The notes: generated by a model from the letters alone, not told the origin. DNA of 64,000 nucleotides from Chthoniobacterales bacterium (GCA_038207335.1 JBBQZX010000025.1:25772-89771); one strand, 5' to 3'. Counted from the stretch's first letter, positions 43,242 to 52,805 are shown. Numbers and translations are program-made.

Positions 43242-43336
43242 GAGAAAGTGTCGGCCAACTTGGAGGTTCGACAAATGATGAAATCCACCGGTCGCCGCCC
43301 GGTCAGGCAGCGAGCTTTTGCAGAAAGTGAAGGTGT

Positions 43337-46300
43337 TCACGCGCCGCGGCGGCGAAGCCGCGCGAGGCCGAGCAGGGTGGCAACGCCGCCGAGCAGCGAA
43401 ATCGCGGAGCCGGGTTCGGGCACGGCGATGAGATTCAAATCGATGCCGCCAGCGCCGTCGTAGCTGAATGTTCCCGCCCATCCGGCGTTCACGATCGTCC
43501 AAGCCGCGGTCGTTCCAGGATTGGCGGCAAGTCCGCTGATGATGTTGTCGTAAACGCCCGGCGTCGCGCCCGCGTCGATGAACGCAAAAGCCTGATTGGA
43601 AGCGAATGTCCACGTCCCCGCAGTTTGCAAAAAGCTCGAGTGCGCGCCCGAGGCGCCGAGCGCGAGCTTGATCGTCGAGCCACCGAGAAGAGAGACGTTG
43701 CCGCCGATCGCGAGATCGTCGCCGGCGGTGACCCCGTCGCCGCCGAGGAGACTGCCGCCGGAATTGACCGTGACGGCGGTGACCGCTCCCGTTCCTCCGA
43801 GAGTTCCCGCAGTGACCGTCGTCGCCGCGCCGGTGATCGAGCCGCTGACGAGCAGCGTTCCCGCGTTGACCGTGGTCGCGCCGGTGTAGGCATTAACGCC
43901 GCCGAGCGTCAGCGTGCCGGCGCCCTTTTTCGTGAGACCGCCACCGCCGCCGTCGTCGGCGAGATTGCTGTTGATCGAGACGTTGAAGCCATTGGTGTCG
44001 ATGACAGCGCCGCCGGATTTCACCGTCACCGCGGAGAGTGCGAGGAAGTTGGTCTGAGCCGTCGAACGCAGCCAATCGCTTTGATCGCCGAGCGCCTTTA
44101 GCGTGCCGCCGTTAAAGTTGAAATTCCCAACGCCCGCGCCGCCGCCCGCGCCGCTGCTGCCGTCGCGCACGAATTGCCGGTCGGTCGCCAGCGTGCCGCC
44201 ATCGAGGTTCACGTTCCCCGTCGCGCCGTCGCGTCCCACCTCGATCACCGTCGTGTCAGACGCGGTGCTCGATCCGAAGCCGTTCGAAATCGTTCCTTTG
44301 TTGATGGTCACCAACCCGGCGCTGATATTCAGATTTCCCGTCGCCGTGGCCGTATTATTTCCGAGGTAAAAAGGCATGTTCGCGCCAACCGTCACCGTGC
44401 CGCCGGTGACGCTGAGTGTGCCGGTGTTCGCGCCGTTTTGACCGAGAATCGTCGGGTTCACTGCGGCGTCCGTCGTGCCCACGAGCGCCAGGGAGCCGCC
44501 CGCCGGCACGATGACGGTGCCGCTGGTCGTAGTGTTGCCGATGACGATGTAACCCGCACCCGCGGTCGCGCCGCCGGAGAGCGTCGTAGAGCCGGTGATG
44601 TTTGCGGTTGCGCCGCCCGCGACAGTCAACCCGCCATTCACCGCAGCGAAAGTCCACGAATTTGTCCCAGCGAGCGTGAGCGTACCAGCGCCGGTGATCG
44701 TTTGGCTACTCGCGGCGTTGCCGGTGATGTCACCGCTGATCGTAAAGCTGTTCGCCGTGCTGAAGGGGCTCGTCACGTTGGCCGTAATAGCATTCGCGAG
44801 ATTCACTCCCGCGACCGACGCACCGAGCGTGCCGCCGTTCATCGTCACCGTCCCGCCCCCGAGCGCGTTGTTGCTGCCGACGTTTAGCAAGCCGCTGCTG
44901 ACCATGGTGCCGCCGGAATAATTGTTCGTGCCGGAAAGGGTCACCGTTCCCGTGCCGCGCTTTTCCAGGCTGAAGGCGCCGGTCTCGCCGATGTTTCCGC
45001 TGATCGTGCCGTTGTTGTTGCTGCCCACGGAGCTGTTACCGAGCAATGTCACGGAGCCCGCGATGTTCGCGCTGTCGATCCGGAGCGCGCCGAGGTTTTC
45101 CGCGTTGGCCGCACCGAAAAGCTGGAAGCTCGAACTGTAAGTCAGCCCCGTGGAAAGGAACAACGTGGTGCCAGCCTCGATCTTCACCGTCGCGCTCGCG
45201 GACGGCTGCAAGCCCGCGCCGCCGGTGAAGCGCGACTTGCCCTGGTCCGTGCCGTTCGGGAAAAGATCGATCGTTCCCGTGAATCCGCCGAGGTCGCCCG
45301 CGAGCTCTGCCGTCGACGAATTTAAAGTTGATCCCGGCGCGGTGAGTTTCACCGTGCCTGCACCGCTGATCGCGTTCGGATAGGTGACCGTGTTCGTCGT
45401 CGCGCCGACTTCGTAATCGAGCCAGAGCGTCGCGCCACTTCCGACCGACGCCGCGCCGGTCCCGAGCACGGTGGTGTTGATGCTCGCGGTGTTCGCCGTG
45501 CCGTTGACGACTTTCAGCGTGCCCTCGTTCACGGTCGTGCCGCCGGTGTAGTTGTTCTGCGTCGCCTGCGCCGCGACCGTCCATAGGCCAGCGCCTGTTT
45601 TCGTAAGAGTGCCGCCTGTGCTCGTTCCGATGCCGCTCGCTAGGCTGCCGTCGCCCGCGCCAGCCAGCGTGATGCCGAGGCCCGTGCCGGTGATCGTGCC
45701 GGTGTTCGTGAGATTCAGCGTGCCGCTGTCGGACCCAATCGTGGCCGAACCAGCGAGCGTGATCAGGCCGGCGTAACTATTCGCGCCGGCCACATTGACG
45801 AGCGCACCGCTCTGCCCCGCCGCGCCATTGCCGACGACCGTCAGCGGCAGCGAGCCACCCGCGATTCCCCCCTGCGCTTGCACGGTCGCGCCCGACGCCA
45901 CGGTGATCGCACTGCTTCCTCCGAAAGCCGTGCCGTTTTGATAATTGACGATCCCCGCGTTGATCGACGTCGCGCCGGCGAACGTGTTCGGAGTCTGAAT
46001 CGTGAGCGTGCCGCTGCCGTCCTTGATGAGCTTGCCGGTGTTGATTCCGTTACTGCCCGTCAGCGTGTAATTCACGTTCGAGTTGGCGAAGTTCACGGTG
46101 GTCGGATTCACGGTCGTGTCATTGATCTTCACCGTTGTCGTCGCGGGTGCGCCGCCGCCGGGGATGGTGTCGGCGAAAATGACCGAGTCGTTGTTGAGGA
46201 ACTCCGTGCCGGTCAGCGCCGTCTGCAGCTTCCAGTTGAACGGCGCTCCGACGGGGTCCGTGCTCCAGACGCCGCTCGACGCACCCGTCCACACGGGCGT

Positions 46301-48187
46301 GTCGCCGGTGATCGAGAGGGCGACGTTGTTTCCGTGAAAAAGCAGCGCACTGTTCTGCCGCGCACCAAGTCCCACGATGGTTCCTTTCGTGAAGTCCGTG
46401 ATCGCTCCGCCGAAGCTTCCGTAGCTGAGCAAGTCGTAGGTCACACCATTTGCCCACACCGGCCCCGACGGCACATTGATCGTCACCTTCCCGCTTGCAG
46501 GCGTCGTCGTGAGCGCGCCGCTCACCGCGATCCCCACCGCACCCGCCGTGCGGACATTCACCACCCCCACGCCGCTGAAAGTCAGCGAACCGAGCGTGAG
46601 CGCGGCGCTCGTGCCGTTGCCGTTTTGCACGATGCCGCCCGTGCCGTTCGATACGGTCACCGACCCGAAGACCGTGCCGGTCCCGTCGAGCGCGCCCGTG
46701 TTCACCGCCACGGCGGAGGCCGGGTCGAGCGAGCCATTCACCGCGAGAGTGCCGCCGCTGATCGTCGTCGCGCCGGTGTAGGAATTTGTGCCGGACAAAA
46801 TCTGCGTGCCGCTTCCGCCTTTCGTCAGCGCGCCAGCGCCGCTGAGCGCCCCGGAAAAATTCATTCCCGTGTTATCGTTGTTGCCGATCAGGAGAGTCAC
46901 CGGGTTGCCGCCCGTATCGGCCAGCGCCTGCGCCGCGGCGCCACTCAAGCCGCCAATGACGAACGCCCCGATGCCGGTGTTGAGCCTCAGCCCGTTGGTA
47001 TTCTGGATCGTGACGACGCTGTTCTGCGCCGCAGTCGCCGCGTTGAGCTGCAAGGTCGCGCGGCTGCTGATTGTCACCCCTCCGGAGAAGGTGTTGCCGG
47101 CATTGGTGAAGATCGCGCTTGCCGTGCCGCTGCCGCCGCCGGAAGTCAATGTCAGCGCGCCCGTGCCGGTGACCTGACTGTTGATCGTGTAGCTCAACGT
47201 CCCGTTTCCACCGATCGTCGCGCCGGCTGCCGCGATGTTAAACGTGCTGCCGGCATTCCCGATGACGGTGCCATTGCTGAGCCGAATGGCGTAAGCCTGC
47301 CCGCCTTCGTTGTTCCCATTCCCGGCGATGTCAAAGTTATTGAGATAGGTGACGCCGCTATTGATGAAAATGGTCCCGCCATTGTTGTTTCCGGCCGATT
47401 GCACCGTCACCAGACCTGTGCCGAAGGCGCTCCCGTTGCCGCCCACCAGACGCCCTTTCGTCACCGTGATCCCCCCCGAGAAACTGTTTGCCCCCGTGAG
47501 CTGCAGATTCAACCCGCCGCCGGCTGTCGCGCCGCTGCCATTGAGCACCAGCGCGAGTTTTCCCCCATTCGCACCGTCGGTAATGCCCGAGGTATTCGAG
47601 CTGAAAATCCACGCCGCGCCATTGTCCACAGAGGAGCCGTTGAAGGTGATGGTTTGCGTAGCGCCGATGGCTGCCGTGCCGGAGAGGCCGTTGGTCACCG
47701 TCACTTGGGAGGTGGAGTTGTTCGTCCACGTCTGGCTCTCATTGACCAACAGATTCACGCGCTGCCCCGCGGTCGCCGAGCCGATCGTCACCGCCCCCGC
47801 GCCCGCGAGTTTCGTCACCCCGGAGGCGATCGTCAGTGTGCGATCCGTGCCGCCACCGCTCAGCGCCGTCGTCCCCGTGTTCCGGAAGGTCAGCGTCTTC
47901 GCCGATTGATCCGCGTCGAGCGTCACCGTCTCCGCGAGATTCGCCGTGGTGATATTGAAAATCACATCGTCGCCGATCCCCGGCGGATTCAGCGGATCGG
48001 GCGTCGTGGCGCCGGTCACCGTGGACCAATTCGCGGCCGTGTTCCAACTCGCCGAAGTGCCGTCCCATGAAAGGGTGAGCGCGTGGGCGGACGTGGCGGC
48101 GGCCAGCGAAATGCCAAGGCCCAGGGCAACGACCCGAGGCGCGGTGAAGGCGGCGATGGAGGAGGAGAGAATGCGGGGAGTTTTCAT
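43337..48187 (-). CDS. Autotransporter-associated beta-strand repeat protein with PEP-CTERM sorting signal
   Basis: Many LTK.G.GT..L.G.N.YTG.T....GTL repeats. Ends with VPEPG, a hydrophobic stretch and RLRRR. Confidence 0.92.
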   Translation of the reverse strand: MKTPRILSSSIAAFTAPRVVALGLGISLAAATSAHALTLSWDGTSASWNTAANWSTVTGATTPDPLNPPGIGDDVIFNITTANLAETVTLDADQSAKTLTFRNTGTTALSGGGTDRTLTIASGVTKLAGAGAVTIGSATAGQRVNLLVNESQTWTNNSTSQVTVTNGLSGTAAIGATQTITFNGSSVDNGAAWIFSSNTSGITDGANGGKLALVLNGSGATAGGGLNLQLTGANSFSGGITVTKGRLVGGNGSAFGTGLVTVQSAGNNNGGTIFINSGVTYLNNFDIAGNGNNEGGQAYAIRLSNGTVIGNAGSTFNIAAAGATIGGNGTLSYTINSQVTGTGALTLTSGGGSGTASAIFTNAGNTFSGGVTISSRATLQLNAATAAQNSVVTIQNTNGLRLNTGIGAFVIGGLSGAAAQALADTGGNPVTLLIGNNDNTGMNFSGALSGAGALTKGGSGTQILSGTNSYTGATTISGGTLAVNGSLDPASAVAVNTGALDGTGTVFGSVTVSNGTGGIVQNGNGTSAALTLGSLTFSGVGVVNVRTAGAVGIAVSGALTTTPASGKVTINVPSGPVWANGVTYDLLSYGSFGGAITDFTKGTIVGLGARQNSALLFHGNNVALSITGDTPVWTGASSGVWSTDPVGAPFNWKLQTALTGTEFLNNDSVIFADTIPGGGAPATTTVKINDTTVNPTTVNFANSNVNYTLTGSNGINTGKLIKDGSGTLTIQTPNTFAGATSINAGIVNYQNGTAFGGSSAITVASGATVQAQGGIAGGSLPLTVVGNGAAGQSGALVNVAGANSYAGLITLAGSATIGSDSGTLNLTNTGTITGTGLGITLAGAGDGSLASGIGTSTGGTLTKTGAGLWTVAAQATQNNYTGGTTVNEGTLKVVNGTANTASINTTVLGTGAASVGSGATLWLDYEVGATTNTVTYPNAISGAGTVKLTAPGSTLNSSTAELAGDLGGFTGTIDLFPNGTDQGKSRFTGGAGLQPSASATVKIEAGTTLFLSTGLTYSSSFQLFGAANAENLGALRIDSANIAGSVTLLGNSSVGSNNNGTISGNIGETGAFSLEKRGTGTVTLSGTNNYSGGTMVSSGLLNVGSNNALGGGTVTMNGGTLGASVAGVNLANAITANVTSPFSTANSFTISGDITGNAASSQTITGAGTLTLAGTNSWTFAAVNGGLTVAGGATANITGSTTLSGGATAGAGYIVIGNTTTSGTVIVPAGGSLALVGTTDAAVNPTILGQNGANTGTLSVTGGTVTVGANMPFYLGNNTATATGNLNISAGLVTINKGTISNGFGSSTASDTTVIEVGRDGATGNVNLDGGTLATDRQFVRDGSSGAGGGAGVGNFNFNGGTLKALGDQSDWLRSTAQTNFLALSAVTVKSGGAVIDTNGFNVSINSNLADDGGGGGLTKKGAGTLTLGGVNAYTGATTVNAGTLLVSGSITGAATTVTAGTLGGTGAVTAVTVNSGGSLLGGDGVTAGDDLAIGGNVSLLGGSTIKLALGASGAHSSFLQTAGTWTFASNQAFAFIDAGATPGVYDNIISGLAANPGTTAAWTIVNAGWAGTFSYDGAGGIDLNLIAVPEPGSAISLLGGVATLLGLARLRRRGA

Positions 48188-48290
48188 TGGAGTTCGCGCG
48201 TTGGGTTAAGGGGAGACCGGCAGGCAAATCCTAACCCGCCTCCGTCCGATCGCTTGGCCGCATCGGACGACTTTTGGTATTAATCCGCCC

Positions 48291-49049
48291 TTACTTGCTG
48301 CGACTGCGACTGCGCGTCCGTCGAAAGACGAGCGGCGTTTCTCCAGTGTGCGCACGGAATTGCCGCGTGAACGAACTCTGATCGTAGAAGCCGCACTCAT
48401 AGGCGATTTCGGCCATTGGTTTATCCGATGCGAGCAAAGCGTCGCTCGCCGCCTGAATCCGTGTGCGCACGAGAAACTCCTGCGGACTCATCCGGAACGT
48501 CGCTTGAAACCGGCGGTTCAACTGCCGCTCCGAAAGGTGTGCCAGCCCCGCGAGGTCCGCCATCGGCAGGCGTTCCCGGAAATGCTCGTGAATGTGTGCC
48601 ACCACCCGCTCGATTTGCGGACTGTCCGCGCCGCCGCCCGCGCCGCCATGATAAGGCCGCACGAAACCCATCAGGCCAATCACCTTCCCCGCGGAATCGC
48701 ACAACGGCACCTTCGTCGTGAGAAACCAATCCCGCGCGCGAGTGCGCGCAAAGAGCGCTTCCACCCGATCCACCAACGGCTCACGAGTCCGCATGACGCG
48801 GAGATCGTCCTCGCGGATCGCCTTCACGACATTCGGCGGATGAATCGCCTCGTCCCCTTTCCCGAGCAACTCTTCCTCCCGCTCCATCCCGACCCGCCGC
48901 AGCGTTCCCCGGCTCACCGCGACGAAAAGTCCGTCCGCATCCTTCGCAAAAAACTCGACGTCCGGCAGATGCTCGAGCAGTGCCAAAAGCTGCTGCGCCG
49001 GGCGCACCCGGCGAAAGAATGCGTCCTGAAACTCGCGCGGCGAACTCAT
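48291..49049 (-). CDS. PAS-AraC family transcriptional regulator
   Basis: FFAKDADG PAS segment and AraC HTH (LSERQLNRRF...IAYECGFYDQSSFTRQFR..TG.TP). Confidence 0.92.
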   Translation of the reverse strand: MSSPREFQDAFFRRVRPAQQLLALLEHLPDVEFFAKDADGLFVAVSRGTLRRVGMEREEELLGKGDEAIHPPNVVKAIREDDLRVMRTREPLVDRVEALFARTRARDWFLTTKVPLCDSAGKVIGLMGFVRPYHGGAGGGADSPQIERVVAHIHEHFRERLPMADLAGLAHLSERQLNRRFQATFRMSPQEFLVRTRIQAASDALLASDKPMAEIAYECGFYDQSSFTRQFRAHTGETPLVFRRTRSRSRSK

Positions 49050-49125
49050 CCCTCGAATCTTCCCATATCCGCCTTCGCGCCGCCACCCTCCACTGCATGA
49101 AACCAGCCAATGCTCGCAAACCAAA

Positions 49126-50298
49126 TCAAGTCCCCGCCAGCCAGGTGAGCGAAGAAGTCTGGGATAAGTCCCCCGCCGGCGGGCTAGCAGCCGCAATTCG
49201 CATGAGGGCCGCATGAATACTCTGCCAAGGCTGCGCAAGGTCGAGTGTCAGCGCTCGAATTCGATGCCCGTGGGTGGTGAACTCGGCGGCGAAATCACGA
49301 GTGGTGCGTGGGTAAAGGAGGACGCCCTCCGCCTGTTCCCAACCCGGCTCGCAAGAGCGCTGACGAAGGTAGGTGAAGAGTTGATACAGATTGGCCGCAG
49401 GAAGCTTAGCGCGGCCGAAGGCACTGTTCTTGAGCGCCGCCGCATAGAACTTGGTATCGAGAATGATGGCACGTCCGGGACTGCGCAGGCACACATCGGT
49501 TTCCATGCGCGGCACCAATTCAAGTGCGTCGGCATTGGGATCGTCGGTCTGCCACCGAATGGTCGGTGCGCTGACTTGCCAGCCAGGAAGTTCATGGCGG
49601 TAAAAGTTGAGAACGAAGTTTTCAAAAAGTGTCGAGACCCCATCGCGCACAAAGTCGCGGAATCGCCTCCTACCGCCGTGCTCGGCGGGCAGCCAGTGTT
49701 CGTGAACGAACTCGCAGACATGCAGCAGAAATGCGTAGATCCGGTTGTTGCGGTGAAGCTGGACGCGACGAAAGTCCGCGGCGTGAAGCTCGATGGACTG
49801 GACTGGCGCGAGCCAGCGAAGGAGGTCATGGATATCGGAACGCGTGCCGGAGTCGAGCTCCTCCGAATCGTGGAGCCGCTGGAGCGTGGTCTTGAGGATA
49901 CGGTTAGGCGGTGTGTCGTATTCGAGTTCATCCCAAGTGCAGGCCGCGCGGCCTTGACGGAGAAGATTACGGCGGAGCGTCTGTGTGACGAGGAGCTTGC
50001 CGCGCACGCCGGGAATTTCATCCTCTCGTGGCAGGTAACCGCGATCTAACCCTCGGCGCAGTAGCCGGCGCGTGCCATTCACCAGCACCCGGGCGAAGAG
50101 GTTGATCAAGTCGGTGGAATCCAACGCATCCACGTCGGCTAACGAGTCCTTTTCCTCCAGCACATCCCAAGCGTAGCAGAGCAGGTAATAAATATTGGCA
50201 ATGGGAATCTCCGTTGCACCGGACGTGAGCGTATCGGCGGTGCGGCCCGCGCGAGCAGGACCAACGGCGGGTTCGATCATTGTTGGAACGAGGGCCAT
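49126..50298 (-). CDS. mcrC: McrC-family modification-dependent restriction nuclease subunit
   Basis: IPIANIYYLLCYAW, LFENFVLNFY, METDV..., IILDTKFY, NLYQLFTYL, GVLLYP. Confidence 0.92.
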   Translation of the reverse strand: MALVPTMIEPAVGPARAGRTADTLTSGATEIPIANIYYLLCYAWDVLEEKDSLADVDALDSTDLINLFARVLVNGTRRLLRRGLDRGYLPREDEIPGVRGKLLVTQTLRRNLLRQGRAACTWDELEYDTPPNRILKTTLQRLHDSEELDSGTRSDIHDLLRWLAPVQSIELHAADFRRVQLHRNNRIYAFLLHVCEFVHEHWLPAEHGGRRRFRDFVRDGVSTLFENFVLNFYRHELPGWQVSAPTIRWQTDDPNADALELVPRMETDVCLRSPGRAIILDTKFYAAALKNSAFGRAKLPAANLYQLFTYLRQRSCEPGWEQAEGVLLYPRTTRDFAAEFTTHGHRIRALTLDLAQPWQSIHAALMRIAAASPPAGDLSQTSSLTWLAGT

Positions 50299-50314
50299 GA
50301 TCGTGAACGGAAAC

Positions 50315-52156
50315 TTAAGCCAATAGCTCCGTGACGAGTTTTTCCACGCGGTCTCGTGCATCGAAGTATTCCTCTAGCAGTGGTTGGATTTCACCAGCGA
50401 TGACCTCTCGATACCAAGCCTCGTCGGGAATGTCGTCGGGTCCCGGGCAGAAGAAGCTATGTCCAATGCGGAAGCCAGGGCCAAGGTCACGCTCCTTTTC
50501 GATGACTGCATTCAAGTTCCCAATCCTGCTACGAATTAGCGCGATCATGTCGTCGGATGCGTTGCGCTCCTTTAGCCAGTCGGCAAAAGCTGGCGAATCA
50601 AGGGCCGGTTCCAGCGTGACGAACGCGAAGCGACGGCGGAGAGCGTAGTCCACCATAGCGAGCGACCGGTCGGCAGTGTTCATCGTGCCGATGAAGTGGA
50701 GGTTGGCGGGGAGTTGAAACGTTTCTTCCGGCCCATCCGAATACGTGAGCGGGATGGCGTGATCCGGTCCGCGCTTGTCTGCCTCGATCAGCATCAGCAG
50801 TTCCCCGAAGATTTTGGCGAGGTTGCCACGGTTAATCTCGTCGATGATGAAAAACCAATCGCGGTCCGGTTCATTCCGGGCGAGGCACGCGAACTGGTGG
50901 CACACTCCATCCCGCCGCTCCAAGCCAGTTCTCGTGGGGCGGTAGCCTTGCACGAAATCTTCGTAACCGTAGCTAGGATGAAACTGGACCATGGCGACGC
51001 GGCGCTCGTCACGCTCACCCATGAGGGCAAACGCCAGTCGTCGGGCGATGAACGTCTTGCCGACGCCGGGTGGGCCTTGAAGGATGAGTGCCTTCTTGCG
51101 TTTGAGCCGCGCTAAAATTGCATCGAGAGCGTCCGGGGTCGTGAAAAGTCCCTTCAATGCATCGGCCGTCGTGAACGGCTCGACTTTCACGTCAATCGAC
51201 TCCGCATAAGCGTCTCTCGTCTTTCGATGCTTTGCCCATGATGCTTCTAATTCAACACGAACATCGTCGGGAATGCGCAGTCCAGATGCCTGAGGAGTCC
51301 AATTGTAGTCCGGCGAAACATTCTGCCTCAAGTCCGCAATCGAAAGCGGCGATTCCACGCTTGGGTCAATTAGCGCGTCCCATTCGATTTCCACGTAGTG
51401 GCCAGTCTTGTCTGGTTCGCCACCAAAATGCGGCGCTTCAAAAACTGGCGAAGTCGCCTTGCCGGAACCTATAATTCCTTTTGGTTCGAGGCCGAGGCGA
51501 ACTATAAAAACGCGGTCTCCGGGTTGTATCCCGTGATTCGAAACAGACCACCGCGCTCCATTGTTTTCGGATTTTGGTTGAACTCCCTCGCACACACCCT
51601 TGGCTGCGCTCGGTAGATCCGACCAAGCCCACTTTTCAGAGTTCCATGTCAGTAAATATGCGGCGTTCTGGGGCTGTGGCGTTGTTACGACTACACCGGA
51701 GGGAAGGGCCACAAAAAGATTCGGGTCGATCAAAGGTAGATGCTTCCGCGTTTTCTGAGTATAGATTTCATCCCAAATCTTAACAAGCTGAAGAGGTGCG
51801 ATGGTTAAATAAGCGCCTTGTCTTAGTTTCAGGTCTTTTGTGAAGAACAGTGAATCATTGCTGCCGACAATCCTCAGCATCTCGGTCCGGTAGTTCTCAG
51901 CATCCAAGAACTCCGACCGATCTATTGGCGGGTTGAGTTTGGTATAGTTTACCAAGCGTATAAGGTAGGAAGGTTTACCCTGCCATTCCGTCCCTGGAAC
52001 TCCGAGGAAACAATCGTCGCATTCCTTAAAAACCTCAGATACACCAACGATCGTTGTTTTATCTATGAAATGGAAAACCAAGTCGCCTGGCTTTACCTCT
52101 CGCATTAAACGATAGGTGTCTCGGCCGTCGGAACCTGCCTGCGGCGACCAAAGCAC
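50315..52156 (-). CDS. mcrB: McrB-family AAA+ GTPase with two N-terminal DNA-reader-like domains (start uncertain)
   Basis: LQGPPGVGKTF, VQFHPSYGYEDFVQGYRP, IIDEINRGN, GTMNTADRS, LRRRF, IGHSFF. Adjacent to mcrC. Confidence 0.92.
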   Translation of the reverse strand: MLWSPQAGSDGRDTYRLMREVKPGDLVFHFIDKTTIVGVSEVFKECDDCFLGVPGTEWQGKPSYLIRLVNYTKLNPPIDRSEFLDAENYRTEMLRIVGSNDSLFFTKDLKLRQGAYLTIAPLQLVKIWDEIYTQKTRKHLPLIDPNLFVALPSGVVVTTPQPQNAAYLLTWNSEKWAWSDLPSAAKGVCEGVQPKSENNGARWSVSNHGIQPGDRVFIVRLGLEPKGIIGSGKATSPVFEAPHFGGEPDKTGHYVEIEWDALIDPSVESPLSIADLRQNVSPDYNWTPQASGLRIPDDVRVELEASWAKHRKTRDAYAESIDVKVEPFTTADALKGLFTTPDALDAILARLKRKKALILQGPPGVGKTFIARRLAFALMGERDERRVAMVQFHPSYGYEDFVQGYRPTRTGLERRDGVCHQFACLARNEPDRDWFFIIDEINRGNLAKIFGELLMLIEADKRGPDHAIPLTYSDGPEETFQLPANLHFIGTMNTADRSLAMVDYALRRRFAFVTLEPALDSPAFADWLKERNASDDMIALIRSRIGNLNAVIEKERDLGPGFRIGHSFFCPGPDDIPDEAWYREVIAGEIQPLLEEYFDARDRVEKLVTELLA

Positions 52157-52277
52157 TGATCCACAAGCAAACTCGCCATGCTCGCGGTCCGCTCGTGAAG
52201 CGGAAGTTGTCCTGCCTTTCGGTCATGACCTTCAGTTTGCCTCCGGTTTGTAGGAGAGCGCTACCGCGCAGTGCAGT

Positions 52278-52619
52278 GTCGGAGTCGTTGAAGGGCGGGT
52301 TGGCAAGGACGTAGTCGGCGCGGAGGTCGGGATGGAGGTCGCGGCGGAAGGAGTCGCCCTTGCCCGCGACGAGCTTCCCGTGGTGCTCGTCGAAGGTGTC
52401 GGAGATGTATTTGAGGAAGATTAGCCCGAGGACGACGTGCTTGTATTGATTCGCGCCTCCGCGCTCACCCTTCGGGCTGCTTGCAGCAGTCTGTCTGGCT
52501 CCGCTCGGCTCCGCCGCGTCCATGTTTTTGCGGAGCTTGTCGGCGGAGAGCCAGAGCTTCGCCTCGAAGCCGAGGTGGGCGGAGGAGTCGGCGGGTTTGC
52601 TGGATGCTTTGCGAGCCAT
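52278..52619 (-). pseudogene. hsdM: Type I restriction-modification M subunit remnant
   Basis: LGFEAKLWLSADKLRKNMDAAE..YKHVVLGLIFLKYISD is joined directly to DSFRRDLHPDLRADYVLANPPFNDSD. The SAM-binding core and C-terminus are missing. Confidence 0.88.
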
Positions 52620-52770
52620 GGTCAGACGTTAGTGGAGCGCATTGGCGCTGCGGCGGCCGGGGATGTAACTGGAGATGGAAGCGATGAGGATTGAGGGTGT
52701 CCTCATAGTTTGCGGAGGCTAAGTGTGCCACCCGAAGCGTCAAGAGAATGGCCCCGGACGTCTCCTTTAT

Positions 52771-52799
52771 CTGACACCTCCCGCCGGGCGTGCTAGGGT
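52771..52799 (+). promoter_or_regulatory. Promoter for a probably leaderless uvrB mRNA
   Basis: CTGACA, 17 nt spacer ending in TGC, TAGGGT, then ATG 6 nt later. Confidence 0.5.
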
Positions 52800-52805
52800 C
52801 GGCGG

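Noticed and set aside
43242..43613. N-terminal extension of the 1604-aa ORF (and similar extensions at 4494, 24182, 55840, 58105 and 61862)
   Set aside because: These extensions overlap neighbouring genes or RNA elements. Signal peptides or family motifs begin at later start codons.
43800..47800. Periodic repeats considered as a CRISPR array or DGR template
   Set aside because: They are degenerate protein-level beta-strand repeats. There are no identical DNA repeats with unique spacers and no cas or reverse transcriptase gene.
45878..48070. 730-aa + strand Arg-rich ORF
   Set aside because: Antisense shadow of the repeat-rich PEP-CTERM gene.
52059..52277. C-terminal part of the 186-aa hsdM ORF as real protein
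   Set aside because: HsdM similarity stops at NPPFNDSD. The rest is read-through overlapping mcrB in another frame.
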